Source: Gemmatimonadota bacterium (GTDB lineage Bacteria; Gemmatimonadota; Gemmatimonadetes; Palauibacterales; Palauibacteraceae). From it: a DNA stretch of 64,000 nt. The stretch lies in assembly GCA_963666735.1 (NCBI GenBank), contig OY762926.1:512001-576000 (forward strand). The letters are read 5' to 3'. Shown piece after piece: positions 9,081 through 19,549 of the stretch. Position numbers and translations under genes: made by a program. The first letter of the stretch is position 1; each line of letters opens with the position of its first letter. Under the pieces are notes generated by a model, which made no database searches, was not told the origin of the DNA, and was given only the letters and a program-made list of their open reading frames with translations.

Positions 9081-10370
9081 CTACACCGCCTCGAGGAGCG
9101 CCACGTGGCCGAGACCTCCCGCGGCACAGACGCTGACGATCGCGCGCGTGCCGGCGGGACGATCCGCGAGTTCGAGCACCGTCTGGGAGAGGATGCGGGC
9201 TCCGGTGGCGCCGAACGGGTGCCCGAGGGCGACGCTCCCTCCGTTGGGGTTGACGCGGTCGCGCGGGAAGGCGCCGAGACCGTCCTTCACCGGCGACCGC
9301 GCCGCGAGCCACTCCGGGTCCTCCAGCGCCGCGATCGTGCACAGCACCTGCGCCGCGAACGCCTCGTGGAACTCCCACAGTCCGATGTCCTCGAGCGTGA
9401 GCCCGTGGCGGTGGAGCAGCTCCGCGATCGCGATGGCCGGGGCGATGAGGAGGCCCTCGCAGTCCGGATCGATCCCGGCCTGCCGCCAGTCGAAAAGGCG
9501 CGCTCGGGGCAGGGAGTCGGGGAGCGCGGCGAGCCCGGCCTCGGACGCGACCCAGCACGCCGCGGCCCCGTCCGTGAGCGGAGTGGAGTTGCCTGCGGTG
9601 AGCGTCCCCCCGGAGCGGGAGAAGGCGGGGCGGAGGCCGGCGAGCTTCTCCAGCGACGTGCCGGCCCGGGGGAGCGTGTCGCGGTCGACGCGGAAGGTTC
9701 CGGGGGTTACGAGGAGCGGCCGGAAGAAGGCGCCCCCATCGCGCGTCGCACCCTCGTGGCTCGCGAGCGCGAAACGGTCCTGCGCCTCGCGCTCGATGTC
9801 CCACTCGCGGGCCATCTCCTCGGCGTGCTGCCCCATCGTCCTTCCGGTCGTGCGCTCCTTGATGGCCGGCGCCGAGACCCGGAGGTCGCGGGGGCGGATC
9901 CCGGCGAGCGTCCGCACCATGCGCGGCGGGCTGCCCGCCGTCCCCGCGCGCCGAATCGTGCGGCTGAGTCCCGCCGAGAGGCCGATTTGCGTGTGGCTCA
10001 TCGCCTCCACGCCGCCGCTGAGGACGAGGTCCGCCCGCCCCGCGGCCACCTGACCTGCGCCGTGGGTCGCGGCGGCGATAGAGGTGGCGCACGCCTGGAC
10101 GATGCCCTGGGCCGGGACGCTCGCGTCGAGCCCCGCGTCGAACCATGCCTCCCGGCCCCAGTTGCTCACCGTGAGCGTGGGGATGACCGCGCCCCACAGG
10201 AAGAGATCGATCCGACCCGCGTTCTCGCGGCCCGGGCCCCCGTCGCCCGCCACCGTCTGCTGGATGACGGGAGCGGACAGCGCGAGACCGTCGCAGCGCG
10301 AGAGTTCGCGGTCGATTTTCGCGAAGGGGCTGCGCAGGCCGGGAAGCACGAACGCCGATCCGGGACTCAT
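9081..10370 (-). CDS. Acetyl-CoA C-acyltransferase (thiolase, FadI-like)
   Basis: Catalytic 'QACATS', 'HEAFAAQ', 'NPNGGSVALGHPFGATGAR', 'VSVCAAGG'. Confidence 0.93.
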   Translation of the reverse strand: MSPGSAFVLPGLRSPFAKIDRELSRCDGLALSAPVIQQTVAGDGGPGRENAGRIDLFLWGAVIPTLTVSNWGREAWFDAGLDASVPAQGIVQACATSIAAATHGAGQVAAGRADLVLSGGVEAMSHTQIGLSAGLSRTIRRAGTAGSPPRMVRTLAGIRPRDLRVSAPAIKERTTGRTMGQHAEEMAREWDIEREAQDRFALASHEGATRDGGAFFRPLLVTPGTFRVDRDTLPRAGTSLEKLAGLRPAFSRSGGTLTAGNSTPLTDGAAACWVASEAGLAALPDSLPRARLFDWRQAGIDPDCEGLLIAPAIAIAELLHRHGLTLEDIGLWEFHEAFAAQVLCTIAALEDPEWLAARSPVKDGLGAFPRDRVNPNGGSVALGHPFGATGARILSQTVLELADRPAGTRAIVSVCAAGGLGHVALLEAV

Positions 10371-10377
10371 GCGTGGC

Positions 10378-10406
10378 ATCCTATCGGCCGCCCATACAAG
10401 ATGGAA
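10378..10406 (-). promoter_or_regulatory. Putative leaderless promoter of the thiolase gene
   Basis: Minus strand TTCCAT-17 nt-TAGGAT, 7 nt before ATG 10370. Confidence 0.45.
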
Positions 10407-10474
10407 CAATCCACGTCCCGGTCCCGACTGAAGTCCCCGGCGGAAGAGAAGTCTCGAACGAAAGAGGAGCGTTC

Positions 10475-11950
10475 ATGGCGGTACGGGTGAGGTTCGCCCC
10501 CAGCCCCACCGGTTTCCTGCATGTGGGCGGCGCACGCACGGCGCTATTCAACTGGCTGTTCGCGCGGCGCGCGGGCGGGACGTTTCTCCTGCGCGTGGAG
10601 GACACGGACCGGGCGCGTTCCAGGCCGGAGCACACGCAGGCCATCGTCGACGGGCTCGCGTGGCTGGGTTTGGAGCCGGACGAAGGTCCCGTCTTCCAGG
10701 CGGATGGGGTCGAGCGTCACCGGCGCGATGCCGTGAACCTGCTCGGCCGGGGCGCCGTATACCGCTGCTTCTGCACCGCCGGGGAACTCGCGGCCCGGCG
10801 CCAGGAGGCGAGACGGGCGGGATCGGGATACGGGTACGATGGCCGCTGCGGCCGACTGGACGCTGCCGTCTCGAGCGCGCGGGCCGATGCGGAGGAGGCA
10901 TTCGCCCTCCGGGTTCGGGTGCCGAGGGAGGCGATCGAGTGGGAGGACATGGTCCACGGGCCGATGTCGTTCCCCGCCGGGTCGATCGATGACTTCATCG
11001 TCCTCCGTTCCGATGGGACGCCCGTGTACAATCTCGCCGTGGTCTCCGACGACGCCGAAGCCGCGATCACGCACGTGATCCGCGGCGACGACCACCTTTC
11101 GAACACGCCGAAGCAGATCCTCCTCTATCGCGCCCTCGGCCGCCCGCTCCCGGCCTTCGGGCACGTGCCCCTCATCCTCGGGCCGGACGGCAAGCGGCTT
11201 TCCAAGCGCCACGGCGCGCTGTCCGTTCTCGCGTATCGCGAGGAGGGCTACCTGCCCCGGGGCATGCTGAACTTCCTCGCCCTCCTGGGCTGGTCCCCCG
11301 GGGACGACCGCGAAGTGTTCGACGTCGGGGGTCTGATCGAGGCGTTCTCCGCCGGCCGCGTGCTGAAGAAGAGCGCGGTGTTCGACCTCGAGAAGCTCGG
11401 CTGGTTGAACGGGCGCCACATCGCCGACGCTCCGGCGGCCGACCTCGCGGGCTCCGTCATCGAGATCCTCGGCCGGGATGCGCGTGAGGAGGGGCGTGAC
11501 CTGGCCGGAACCCACCCCGGGCTCGAAACCTCGCCGGAGCGGCTGGCGCGAATCATCGATCTCGTGAAGGGGCGTCCCCGGACGCTCCCCGCGCTGGCGC
11601 GGCAGGTTTCCCCCTTCTTCGCCGCGACCGTCCGCTACGACGAGGCGGCGGTGAAGCGTTTCTGGAAGCGGCGGGAGGAGACGGCATTCCACCTTCGGCG
11701 GCTCGCGGAGCGTCTCGCCGGGGAAGCCGCCTTCAGCGACGTGGAGACGCTGGAGTCCGAGGTGCGGGGTCTCGCGGCGGAACTCGAGGTCGGAGCGGGG
11801 CGCCTCATCAACCCTCTCCGCGTCGCCCTCATGGGCCAGGGGGTGAGCCCCGGGATCTTCGAGGTGATCGAGGCGATGGGACGGGAGCGGGCGCTGGCCC
11901 GGATCCGCGCGGCGGCCGCTTTTCTCGACGCCGGGGTGGCGACGGCGTGA
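10475..11950 (+). CDS. gltX: Glutamate--tRNA ligase
   Basis: 'VRVRFAPSPTGFLHVGGARTALFN', 'RVEDTD', 'IRGDDH', 'KRLSKRHG'; SD GAGGAG. Confidence 0.97.
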   Translation: MAVRVRFAPSPTGFLHVGGARTALFNWLFARRAGGTFLLRVEDTDRARSRPEHTQAIVDGLAWLGLEPDEGPVFQADGVERHRRDAVNLLGRGAVYRCFCTAGELAARRQEARRAGSGYGYDGRCGRLDAAVSSARADAEEAFALRVRVPREAIEWEDMVHGPMSFPAGSIDDFIVLRSDGTPVYNLAVVSDDAEAAITHVIRGDDHLSNTPKQILLYRALGRPLPAFGHVPLILGPDGKRLSKRHGALSVLAYREEGYLPRGMLNFLALLGWSPGDDREVFDVGGLIEAFSAGRVLKKSAVFDLEKLGWLNGRHIADAPAADLAGSVIEILGRDAREEGRDLAGTHPGLETSPERLARIIDLVKGRPRTLPALARQVSPFFAATVRYDEAAVKRFWKRREETAFHLRRLAERLAGEAAFSDVETLESEVRGLAAELEVGAGRLINPLRVALMGQGVSPGIFEVIEAMGRERALARIRAAAAFLDAGVATA

Positions 11951-12414
11951 ACGGGACGTGGCCGGCCGAGCACGAGGCGCCGATGCGGCGGGCGCTCGTA
12001 CGCGCGGCCCTCGGCGGCGCGAGCGGGGAGGTGCCCGTCGCCGCCCTCGTCACGGATCCGGACGGCGAGGTCGTAGCGGAAGCGCACAACCGTACGCGCG
12101 CGGACTCCGACCCGACGGCTCACGCGGAGGTCTTGGCGTTGCGCGCCGCCGCCGCCCGCCTCGGGGACTGGCGCCTCGAGGGCCACACGCTGTACGCGAC
12201 GCTCGAACCGTGCGCGCTGTGCGCCGGCGCCGCCGTCCTGGCCCGGGTCCGCACCGTGGTGTTCGGGGCGGCGGATCCCAAGGCCGGGATGTGCGGATCG
12301 ATCGAGAACCTGGTCAGCGACCCGCGGCTCAATCACCGCGCCGAACTTGTGCCCGGGGTGCTCGCCGAGGAGTCCGCGCGCCTCCTCCGCGACTTCTTCC
12401 GCCAGCGCCGCTAG
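11947..12414 (+). CDS. tadA: tRNA adenosine(34) deaminase
   Basis: 'GEVPV', 'DPTAHAE', 'TLEPCALCAGA', 'DPKAG', 'LNHR', 'FFRQRR'. Confidence 0.93.
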   Translation: MNGTWPAEHEAPMRRALVRAALGGASGEVPVAALVTDPDGEVVAEAHNRTRADSDPTAHAEVLALRAAAARLGDWRLEGHTLYATLEPCALCAGAAVLARVRTVVFGAADPKAGMCGSIENLVSDPRLNHRAELVPGVLAEESARLLRDFFRQRR

Positions 12415-12418
12415 CCCG

Positions 12419-12514
12419 TGGATGGTTGGCTGGAAATCCCTGTGAAGCCTTATGCCAATCGAAGGTCACACTTGCAGTTGGCATAGGCCGGCACAGGGGC
12501 GCCGACAGGCCCAT
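12419..12514. ncRNA. Candidate structured RNA or palindromic element (long imperfect hairpin)
   Basis: Nested stems GTTGGC/GCCGAC, CCCTGTG/CACAGGG, GCCT-ATGCCAAT/GTTGGCATAGGC, AAG/CTT between convergent genes; family not recognised. Confidence 0.35.
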
Positions 12515-12623
12515 AATGGATCGAGATCTCGCGCCGTTGTTCAGACGTGCCGCGGTGACCCGGCATGTCGTGATGTGCGCGGGCCCGCGGCAGAGTGAGC
12601 CGCTGGCACTTGCGGCGGCGCGG

Positions 12624-14630
12624 TCAGGCTCCGGCGGGAACGGGTCTCCCTGCAAAGCGCAGCACGACGACGACGACACCGATGCCGAGGACGTGGGCGA
12701 TCCACGGCGAGAGCCCGTAGGACGTGCCCACATGGCCGAACAGCATCGCTGCCGCGGCCACGACGAGCGCGTAGGGGAGCTGCGTCCGCACGTGGTCCAT
12801 GTGATCGCACGCCGAAGCCATGGAACTCAGGACGGTCGTATCGGAGATCGGAGAGCAGTGGTCGCCGAAGATGGATCCGGCGAGAACCGAACTGATCGAA
12901 CTCACCAGAAGCACGCCGCCGTCCCCCGTCTCGAAGCCCGTCGCTCCGCCCAGGGCGACGGTGAGCGGAACCACGAGCGGGAGCAGGATGCTCATGGTGG
13001 CCCACGAGGTGCCGGTGCAGAAGCTGACGACCGCGGCCGTCGCGAAGGTCAGGACGGGCACCAGCTCGGGCGCGAGGCTGCCCTCGAGAATCTGGGTCAG
13101 GTACTGCGCCGTCGCGAGCTGACTCGTCACCTCGCCGAGGGACCAGGCGAGGGTGAGGATGACGAAGCCCATCGTCATCGCTCGAATGCCGGCGAGCCAG
13201 CCGTCGAGCGCCTGGCTGAGCGAGAGGATTCTCTGCCCGGTTGCCAGCCCGATCGCGACGAGGCAGCCGGCCAGCGAGCCCCAGAGGATCGCCTTGAACG
13301 GGTCCGCCTCCCCGAACGTGTCCCACAGCGACGCGCCCCGGCCCACCACGCTGGCGCCGTCGAAATAGAGCCCCAGCAGGACTGTTACGACGACCGTCAG
13401 GACGGGGATCGCCGCATTGTACCAGCGCAGGGGCACGCCTTCCGGGGCATCGAGTCCCGTCTCCTCGGAGTTCACCATGAGCTGAGAGCCCGGCCGGAAG
13501 ACGCCGCCGCCGGTGCGCGCCCTCATTTCCGCGCCGTGCATGGGGCCGAAATCCCGTTGCGTCACGATGACCGCCGCGACCATGAACAGGGCGAGGATGG
13601 GATAGAAGAGGAACGGGATGGTGCTCAGGAAGACCGTGAACGGACTCGCGGATGCCAGGGCCCCGGCCAGCGCGGGGTCGGGGGTCTGCTCGGCGGCGAT
13701 CCGGAGTCCGTCGCGGATGAGCGAGATCTCGAACCCGACCCAGGTCGAGACGAAGGCGATCGTAACGACGGGCGCGGCGGTCGAGTCCACCAGGTAGGCC
13801 AGCTTCTCCCGCGACACCTTCAGCTTGTCCGTGATCGGGCGGAAGGTGTTCCCGACGATGAGCGTGTTCGCGTAGTCATCGAAGAAGATGCCGATGCCCG
13901 CGAAGAAAGTCGCAAGTTGTGCGCGGCGCGGTGTCGTTGCGAGCGGACGGACGGCTTCGACGATGCCGCGGGTGCCCCCGGAGCGCGAGATCACGCCCAC
14001 CATGGCGCTCAGCAGGGCGGAGAACATGAGAATCGATGCGTTGTCCGGGTCCGCCAGCGAGGGAACGATGAAGGTGTCCACGGTCCGCCAGAGCCCCGCC
14101 ACGGGGTTGAGTCCCGCGATGAAGAAGCCGCCCAGCCAGATGCCGAAGAAGAGCGAGACCACGACATGCCGGAAGATCAGCGCGAGGGCGATGGCGATGA
14201 TCGGCGGCAACAGACTGATCCAGCCGGGAAACCGCGGAGGATCCACCGTCTCGCTCGCCGTGCCCTGATCAGAGGCCACTTCCACGGTCAGCGGGAGGTC
14301 GCCCCGCGCGGCCCGCAGGCCGTTGACCGTTGTCTCGGACCGAAGCGGCAGGGTGCCCGCGGCGAGTTCCCGGCCCGAGGCGGATGTTACGCGATAGCGG
14401 GCGTTCTCCCCATCCTCCGTGTGGAGCGTGAGCGTAAAGGGAACGCCGGTCAGGACGACGGCGGGCCCATCCACGGTGAGCGCGGGGGCGTCCTGCGCGG
14501 CGGCGGGGCCGGGCGAAAACGCGAGCGCGGCAGCGGCAAGGGCAAGGACCGGCAGCGATACCCCGGCGCGCCGCGGTAGCCGCGGTAGAGTGGATCGGAA
14601 GCGGGATGGGGAGCGCGATCTCATTCGCAT
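12624..14630 (-). CDS. Na+/H+ antiporter NhaC-family membrane protein with N-terminal periplasmic extension
   Basis: 'SLLPPIIAIALALIFR', 'IFFDDYANTLIVG', 'SREKLAYLVDSTAAP', 'TGTSWAT', 'GDHCSPISDTTVLSS', 'HVRTQLPYA'. Confidence 0.9.
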   Translation of the reverse strand: MRMRSRSPSRFRSTLPRLPRRAGVSLPVLALAAAALAFSPGPAAAQDAPALTVDGPAVVLTGVPFTLTLHTEDGENARYRVTSASGRELAAGTLPLRSETTVNGLRAARGDLPLTVEVASDQGTASETVDPPRFPGWISLLPPIIAIALALIFRHVVVSLFFGIWLGGFFIAGLNPVAGLWRTVDTFIVPSLADPDNASILMFSALLSAMVGVISRSGGTRGIVEAVRPLATTPRRAQLATFFAGIGIFFDDYANTLIVGNTFRPITDKLKVSREKLAYLVDSTAAPVVTIAFVSTWVGFEISLIRDGLRIAAEQTPDPALAGALASASPFTVFLSTIPFLFYPILALFMVAAVIVTQRDFGPMHGAEMRARTGGGVFRPGSQLMVNSEETGLDAPEGVPLRWYNAAIPVLTVVVTVLLGLYFDGASVVGRGASLWDTFGEADPFKAILWGSLAGCLVAIGLATGQRILSLSQALDGWLAGIRAMTMGFVILTLAWSLGEVTSQLATAQYLTQILEGSLAPELVPVLTFATAAVVSFCTGTSWATMSILLPLVVPLTVALGGATGFETGDGGVLLVSSISSVLAGSIFGDHCSPISDTTVLSSMASACDHMDHVRTQLPYALVVAAAAMLFGHVGTSYGLSPWIAHVLGIGVVVVVLRFAGRPVPAGA

Positions 14631-14635
14631 GCCCG

Positions 14636-14665
14636 AACCTACCGGGACGGTCTCGCGAGGGTCAA
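14636..14665 (-). promoter_or_regulatory. Putative leaderless promoter of the NhaC-family gene
   Basis: Minus strand TTGACC-18 nt-TAGGTT, 5 nt before ATG 14630 (second ATG at 14624). Confidence 0.45.
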
Positions 14666-14705
14666 CGCCGGACCCGAACGCCCGATCGAAGGCAGGACCC
14701 GAACG

Positions 14706-14734
14706 TTGATCGCGGCCGGGGCGCGCTCTATACT
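14706..14734 (+). promoter_or_regulatory. sigma70 promoter of pyrRBC
   Basis: TTGATC-17 nt-TATACT, near consensus. Confidence 0.7.
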
Positions 14735-14800
14735 CCCGCCCGACCGGGGCCGCGCAAGCGCCGAGCCGCCCGCGACGGATCGAGCGAAGCCGAGACGAAA

Positions 14801-15352
14801 CTGACGCACAACGTCCTCGACGAGGCCGCTGCCCGAGGGCTCCTTGCCGAGCTTTCCGCGCAGCTTGACCGGGCGATCGAGCCCGACGCCCGCCTCATCC
14901 TCATCGGTATCCACCGTCGCGGCGATTCGATCGCCGCCGAGATCGGCCGTCACCTCGAGCCGACGCGCGGCCGCGTTCCCATCGGTTCGCTCGACATCAC
15001 GCTCTATCGCGACGATTTCGGGCAGGTCGGCGCGCTCCCCCTGGTCGGCACGACCCGCATTCCGGAGTCCATCGAAGGCGCGCACATCATCATCGTCGAT
15101 GACGTGCTCCACACCGGACGAACGATCCGCGCCGCGCTCCAGGAGCTGTCCGATTTCGGTCGTGCCCGCCGAATCCAGCTCTGCGTCCTCGTCGATCGCG
15201 GGGGCCGCCAGCTCCCGATCCAGCCCGACTACGTGGGCCGCGTGATCGAAGTCGGACCCAACCAGGACGTGGCGGTGCGCGTCGCGGACACGGACGGCGA
15301 CTGGAGTGTCGACATCGTCGCCGTCCCCGCCGCTCCGGAGGCGGGAGGATGA
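14801..15352 (+). CDS. pyrR: Bifunctional pyr regulator/uracil phosphoribosyltransferase
   Basis: 'LIGIHRRG', '[11 protein letters not shown]', '[17 protein letters not shown]', '[17 protein letters not shown]'. The only plausible start downstream of the promoter is CTG 14801. Confidence 0.9.
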   Translation: MTHNVLDEAAARGLLAELSAQLDRAIEPDARLILIGIHRRGDSIAAEIGRHLEPTRGRVPIGSLDITLYRDDFGQVGALPLVGTTRIPESIEGAHIIIVDDVLHTGRTIRAALQELSDFGRARRIQLCVLVDRGGRQLPIQPDYVGRVIEVGPNQDVAVRVADTDGDWSVDIVAVPAAPEAGG

Positions 15353-16323
15353 CGACCCAGGGCCGGGAACTCGGGCTCGGCAAGGACCTCATCGGGCTCG
15401 AATCCCTCACCGGCAGGCAAATCGAGGCGATTCTCGATACCGCCGAACCCTTCAAGGAGATCAGCGAGCGCAAGATCAAGAAGGTGCCGGTCCTCCGCGG
15501 CCAGACCATCGTCAACCTCTTTCTCGAACCCTCGACCCGGACCCGCATCAGCTTCGAGTTCGCGGAGAAGCGGCTCTCGGCCGATACGGTGAACATCTCC
15601 TCTGCGGGCTCCTCGGTGCAGAAGGGCGAGACGCTCGTCGACACGGCGCGCAACCTCGAGGCGATGAGGATTCACATGGTCGTCGTGCGGCACGGATCGT
15701 CCGGGGCGGCGAAGTTCCTCGCGGACCGGATTCCCTCCAACGTCATCAACGCGGGCGACGGCCAGCACGAGCATCCCACGCAGGCCCTCCTGGACCTGTT
15801 GACGATCCGGGACCGGTTCGGGGCCATCGCGGGTCGGCGCGTCTGCATCGCCGGCGACATCCTGCACTCCCGCGTCGCGCGCTCGAACATCTGGGGCCTC
15901 CTGAAATGCGGGGCCGAGGTCGCCGTGTGCGGGCCGCACACCCTGATTCCGGCCGGGATCGAGGAACTGGGCGTGCAGCGGCTGGGCTCGATCGAGGAAG
16001 CGATCGAGTGGTGCGATGTGCTCTACGTGCTGCGGCTTCAGCTGGAGCGGATGGAGGGCGGCTACGTTCCGTCGCTGCGCGAGTACAACCGCGTGTTCGG
16101 CGTCAGCTCCGAGCGCCTCGGCCGCGCCGGTGACGAGATGATCGTCCTCCACCCCGGGCCGATGAACCGGGGCGTCGAGATCGACTCCGACGTGGCCGAC
16201 GGTCCGCGCTCGGTGATCCTCCCGCAGGTGACGAACGGGGTCGCCGTGCGCATGGCCGTCCTCTATCTGCTCGCGGGCGGGCGCCCGGAGTTGGCCGAAG
16301 ACGCCAAGGCGGCGGGACCGTGA
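15349..16323 (+). CDS. pyrB: Aspartate carbamoyltransferase catalytic subunit
   Basis: '[13 protein letters not shown]', '[16 protein letters not shown]', 'RLQLER', '[11 protein letters not shown]'. Confidence 0.97.
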   Translation: MTTQGRELGLGKDLIGLESLTGRQIEAILDTAEPFKEISERKIKKVPVLRGQTIVNLFLEPSTRTRISFEFAEKRLSADTVNISSAGSSVQKGETLVDTARNLEAMRIHMVVVRHGSSGAAKFLADRIPSNVINAGDGQHEHPTQALLDLLTIRDRFGAIAGRRVCIAGDILHSRVARSNIWGLLKCGAEVAVCGPHTLIPAGIEELGVQRLGSIEEAIEWCDVLYVLRLQLERMEGGYVPSLREYNRVFGVSSERLGRAGDEMIVLHPGPMNRGVEIDSDVADGPRSVILPQVTNGVAVRMAVLYLLAGGRPELAEDAKAAGP

Positions 16324-17633
16324 GCCGGTCGCTGCTCCTCGCCGGAGGCCGGGTGATCGATCCCTCCACGGGGACGGACGACGTGCGGGACGTTCTCGTG
16401 CGGGATGGACGGATCGAGACGGTCGGGCGGGGCGTCGCGGGGCCGGACGGCATCCCCCGGATCGATGCGCGGGGACTCGTCGTCGCCCCGGGATTGATCG
16501 ACGTGCACGTCCACCTGAGGGAACCGGGAGCCGAGCACAAGGAGACGATCCGCACGGGGGCGCAGTCCGCGGCGGCGGGCGGCTTCACGACGATCTGGGC
16601 GATGCCGAACACGGATCCGCCCCTCGACGACCCCGCCGCGGTCGGCTTCGTGCGGGAAGAGGCGCGTCGCTGGGCCCGGAAGGGGGAGGGCGGGGCGCGC
16701 GTGAGTCCCGTGGCGGCCGCCTCGCTCGGCCTCGCCGGCAGGCAGATGACCGAGATCGGCGGCCTGGTCGAGGCGGGCGCGGTCGCGGTCACCGACGACG
16801 GACATCCGATCCACGATCCGGCGCTCATGCGGCGCCTGCTCGAGTACACGCAGTCCTTCGGGGTCCCCGTCCTTCAGCACGCGGAGGACATGGCGCTCTC
16901 GGCCGGGGGGGTCATGAACGAAGGCGCCGTGGCCACGGCGCTCGGTCTCCGCGGGATCCCGAACGCTTCGGAGGCCACGATCGTGGCGCGGGACATCTAT
17001 CTCGCGGAACTCACGGGCGGGCACGTACACGTCCAGCACGTCTCGACCCGTGAAGCGGTCCAACTCATCCGCCTCGCGCGCGAACGCGGTGCGCGGGTGA
17101 GCGGCGAGGCTTCACCTCACCACCTCGCGCTGACGGAAGAGGCGGTGCGCGGCTACCGGACCGAGGCCAAGATGAACCCGCCGCTTCGCTCCGAGGCCGA
17201 CCGCCTCGCGGTGCGGCAGGGGCTCATCGACGGCGTGCTGGAGTGCGTGGCCACGGACCACGCGCCGCACCACTACGAGGAGAAGGAACGCGAGTTCGAC
17301 GACGCGCCCTTCGGCATCGTCGGTCTTGAGACCGCCCTCTCCGTGTGCATCGGCGAACTCGTGAAGCCGGGGGACCTCACGCTCTTCGATCTCATCGAGC
17401 GGATGTCCACGGCGCCGGCCCGGCTGATGGGGATCGAAGGCGGCACGCTGCGCGCCGGCAGCCGGGCGGATCTCGTCCTCTTCGATCCGGAGGAGGCGTG
17501 GACGGTCGACCCCGCGAGCTTCCGCTCGAAGAGCCGGAACACCCCGTTCAGCGGGTGGGAGGTGACGGGACGCGTGAAGCGTACGATCGTCGGCGGCGAG
17601 ACCCGGTTCCGAAGCTCATCCGCCCCGGCCTGA
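16320..17633 (+). CDS. pyrC: Dihydroorotase
   Basis: '[14 protein letters not shown]', 'MPNT', 'KMNPPLR', 'ATDHAPH', 'SKSRNTPF'; follows pyrB. Confidence 0.96.
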   Translation: MSRSLLLAGGRVIDPSTGTDDVRDVLVRDGRIETVGRGVAGPDGIPRIDARGLVVAPGLIDVHVHLREPGAEHKETIRTGAQSAAAGGFTTIWAMPNTDPPLDDPAAVGFVREEARRWARKGEGGARVSPVAAASLGLAGRQMTEIGGLVEAGAVAVTDDGHPIHDPALMRRLLEYTQSFGVPVLQHAEDMALSAGGVMNEGAVATALGLRGIPNASEATIVARDIYLAELTGGHVHVQHVSTREAVQLIRLARERGARVSGEASPHHLALTEEAVRGYRTEAKMNPPLRSEADRLAVRQGLIDGVLECVATDHAPHHYEEKEREFDDAPFGIVGLETALSVCIGELVKPGDLTLFDLIERMSTAPARLMGIEGGTLRAGSRADLVLFDPEEAWTVDPASFRSKSRNTPFSGWEVTGRVKRTIVGGETRFRSSSAPA

Positions 17634-17647
17634 GCTGTCCCGGCCTC

Positions 17648-17902
17648 TTACGCCAGGCCGTTGACATGACGCGCCGCCCGGGCCTTCTGGCGGGCCGCGG
17701 CGTTCGCCTTGATGACGTTGCGGCGGGTGGCTCTGTCCAGGACGCGGTACAAGTCGGACAGCGCCGACGTCGCCTCCTCGCGAGATTCGGTCGCGAGGAT
17801 CTGCTTGGTCCTGGTCCGGATCTCGGACCTCACGCGACGGTTCCGGAGCCGGCGCGCGCGCGACTGTCGCAGTCGCTTCTTCTGACTCTCGTTATTCGGC
17901 AT
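17648..17902 (-). CDS. rpsT: 30S ribosomal protein S20
   Basis: 84 aa 'MPNNESQKKRLRQSRARRLRNRRVRSEIRT...LDRATRRNVIKANAAARQKAR'; purine-rich SD. Confidence 0.93.
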   Translation of the reverse strand: MPNNESQKKRLRQSRARRLRNRRVRSEIRTRTKQILATESREEATSALSDLYRVLDRATRRNVIKANAAARQKARAARHVNGLA

Positions 17903-18149
17903 TCGCTTCCTTCTTTTTCCTCTTCCTCGGGCAACGGTGGGTGCGGGCCACAGGCGGACCCTTCCATCCGTCCGAAAATCAACAAAGAAACATACCAGAC
18001 TTACCGGATACGTCCAACCCGGAGTGAGTGGAACGCGTGTGGCGGGGGTACTCGCCGCGGGTACGCCCGTGCTACATTGCGGGCCGAAACACGCACCGAC
18101 TGGCCGGCGATCCCCGGTTTCCGCCGGCCCGAGCGCGCAGGGAGGTTTC

Positions 18150-18926
18150 TTGACGGCGGTTCCCAACCGACTTCCGAGCCAACTGGCGGCGCAGCCCTTC
18201 GTCGTGGAACTCGACCGGTTCCAGGGTCCCCTGGATCTTCTTCTGCACCTCATCCGGTCGCAGGACATCGACATTTTCGATATCCCGATCTCCACGATCA
18301 CCCGGCAGTTCCAGGAAGCTCTCGGCGACGGTCTCGACCGTCTGGAACTCGATCGCGCCGGGGAGTTTCTCGAGCTGGCCGCGACCCTCGTCCACATCAA
18401 GGCCCAGCTCCTGCTGCCGGGGCGCAGCGACGCGGAATGGGAAGATGATCCGCGGGCCGAACTCGTCCGGCGTCTTCTGGAATACGAGTTGTTTCAGGAG
18501 ATCGCGCGGACTCTGGGCTCGGCGGAACTGGAACGGCGGCGGCACATGTCCAAGGGGTTCCTGCCTCCGCAACCGCCGCGCGAGGCCGACGGCCGGGAAC
18601 TCTCGACGACGCTCGACGACTTCCTTGCGGTCCTCGGCGATATCCGGGGTCCGGATCCCGTGACGCGGCACGTCGCCCCCATTCGCATCGTCCCGGTCGA
18701 GGACAAGATCGTCGTCATCCGGCGCCTGCTGGGCGAGAGCCGGCGGGTGCCGTTCAATCGGCTGTTCGATTCGTGGCAGGAGCGGCAGCACGTCGTCGCG
18801 GCGCTGCTCGCCTGTCTGGAGCTCGCCAGGCAGCAGCTCCTGAAGATCGAGCAGGTGAAGCGGTTCGGTGCGATCTGGCTGTTCGGACGCCGCTCGCGGG
18901 GCGACGGGGGAGAGGGAGCCAGGTGA
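18150..18926 (+). CDS. scpA: Segregation and condensation protein A
   Basis: TTG after GGAGG; 'FQGPLDLLLHLI', 'IDIFDIPI', 'AGEFLELAATLVHIKAQLLLP', 'DPRAELVRRLLEY'. Confidence 0.93.
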   Translation: MTAVPNRLPSQLAAQPFVVELDRFQGPLDLLLHLIRSQDIDIFDIPISTITRQFQEALGDGLDRLELDRAGEFLELAATLVHIKAQLLLPGRSDAEWEDDPRAELVRRLLEYELFQEIARTLGSAELERRRHMSKGFLPPQPPREADGRELSTTLDDFLAVLGDIRGPDPVTRHVAPIRIVPVEDKIVVIRRLLGESRRVPFNRLFDSWQERQHVVAALLACLELARQQLLKIEQVKRFGAIWLFGRRSRGDGGEGAR

Positions 18927-19549
18927 GCCCCGAGCAGATCGTGGAAGCCGCGTTGTTCGCCAGCCAGACGCCGCTCACCGCGCGCGAACTGGCCCGGGCC
19001 GACGATACGCTCGACGCGCGGCGCGTCCGGGAAGCGCTCGCCGCCTTGCGCGAGCACTATGACGCGGACGAACGGGCTTTCCAGGTCTACCAGCTGGGGG
19101 ACGGATTCCAGATTCTCACGCGTCCGGAATTCGTGCCGTACCTCGAGCGGTTCGACTCGGTGCCCCGGCCTCCGACGCTTTCTCGCGCCGCACTCGAGAC
19201 GCTCGCGATCATCGCGTACCGGCAGCCCATCGGGCGCATCGAGGTCGAGGAGATCCGGGGCGTGGCGTCCACTTCGGTGCTGCGGACTCTCCAGGACTGG
19301 GAGTTGATCGAGATCGTGGGACGGGGAGAGGGGCTCGGACGGCCGCTCCTTTACGGGACGACGTCCCGCTTCCTGGACCACTTCGCCCTGCGGTCGCTGG
19401 ACGATCTCCCGGCGCCGGAGGACCTCTCCGTCGCGCTCGTGCGCGCCGAGCCGGTGGCGTTTGCCGACGGCGCGCCGCGGGAAGAACCCGCGGCGGACCG
19501 GGGCGCGGACCGAGGCGCGGACCGAGGCGCGGACCGAGGCGCGGACTGA
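18923..19549 (+). CDS. scpB: SMC-Scp complex subunit ScpB
   Basis: 'VEAALFAS', 'LSRAALETLAIIAYRQPI', 'IRGV', 'GRPLLYGTT..FLDHF.L.SLDDLP'. Confidence 0.95.
   Translation: MSPEQIVEAALFASQTPLTARELARADDTLDARRVREALAALREHYDADERAFQVYQLGDGFQILTRPEFVPYLERFDSVPRPPTLSRAALETLAIIAYRQPIGRIEVEEIRGVASTSVLRTLQDWELIEIVGRGEGLGRPLLYGTTSRFLDHFALRSLDDLPAPEDLSVALVRAEPVAFADGAPREEPAADRGADRGADRGADRGAD

Noticed and set aside
12415..12520. SRP RNA, 6S RNA or tRNA-Sec after tadA
   Set aside because: No SRP CAGG..GGAA..AGCAG helix, too short and without a large central bubble for 6S, no cloverleaf or TCA anticodon; kept only as an unnamed hairpin.
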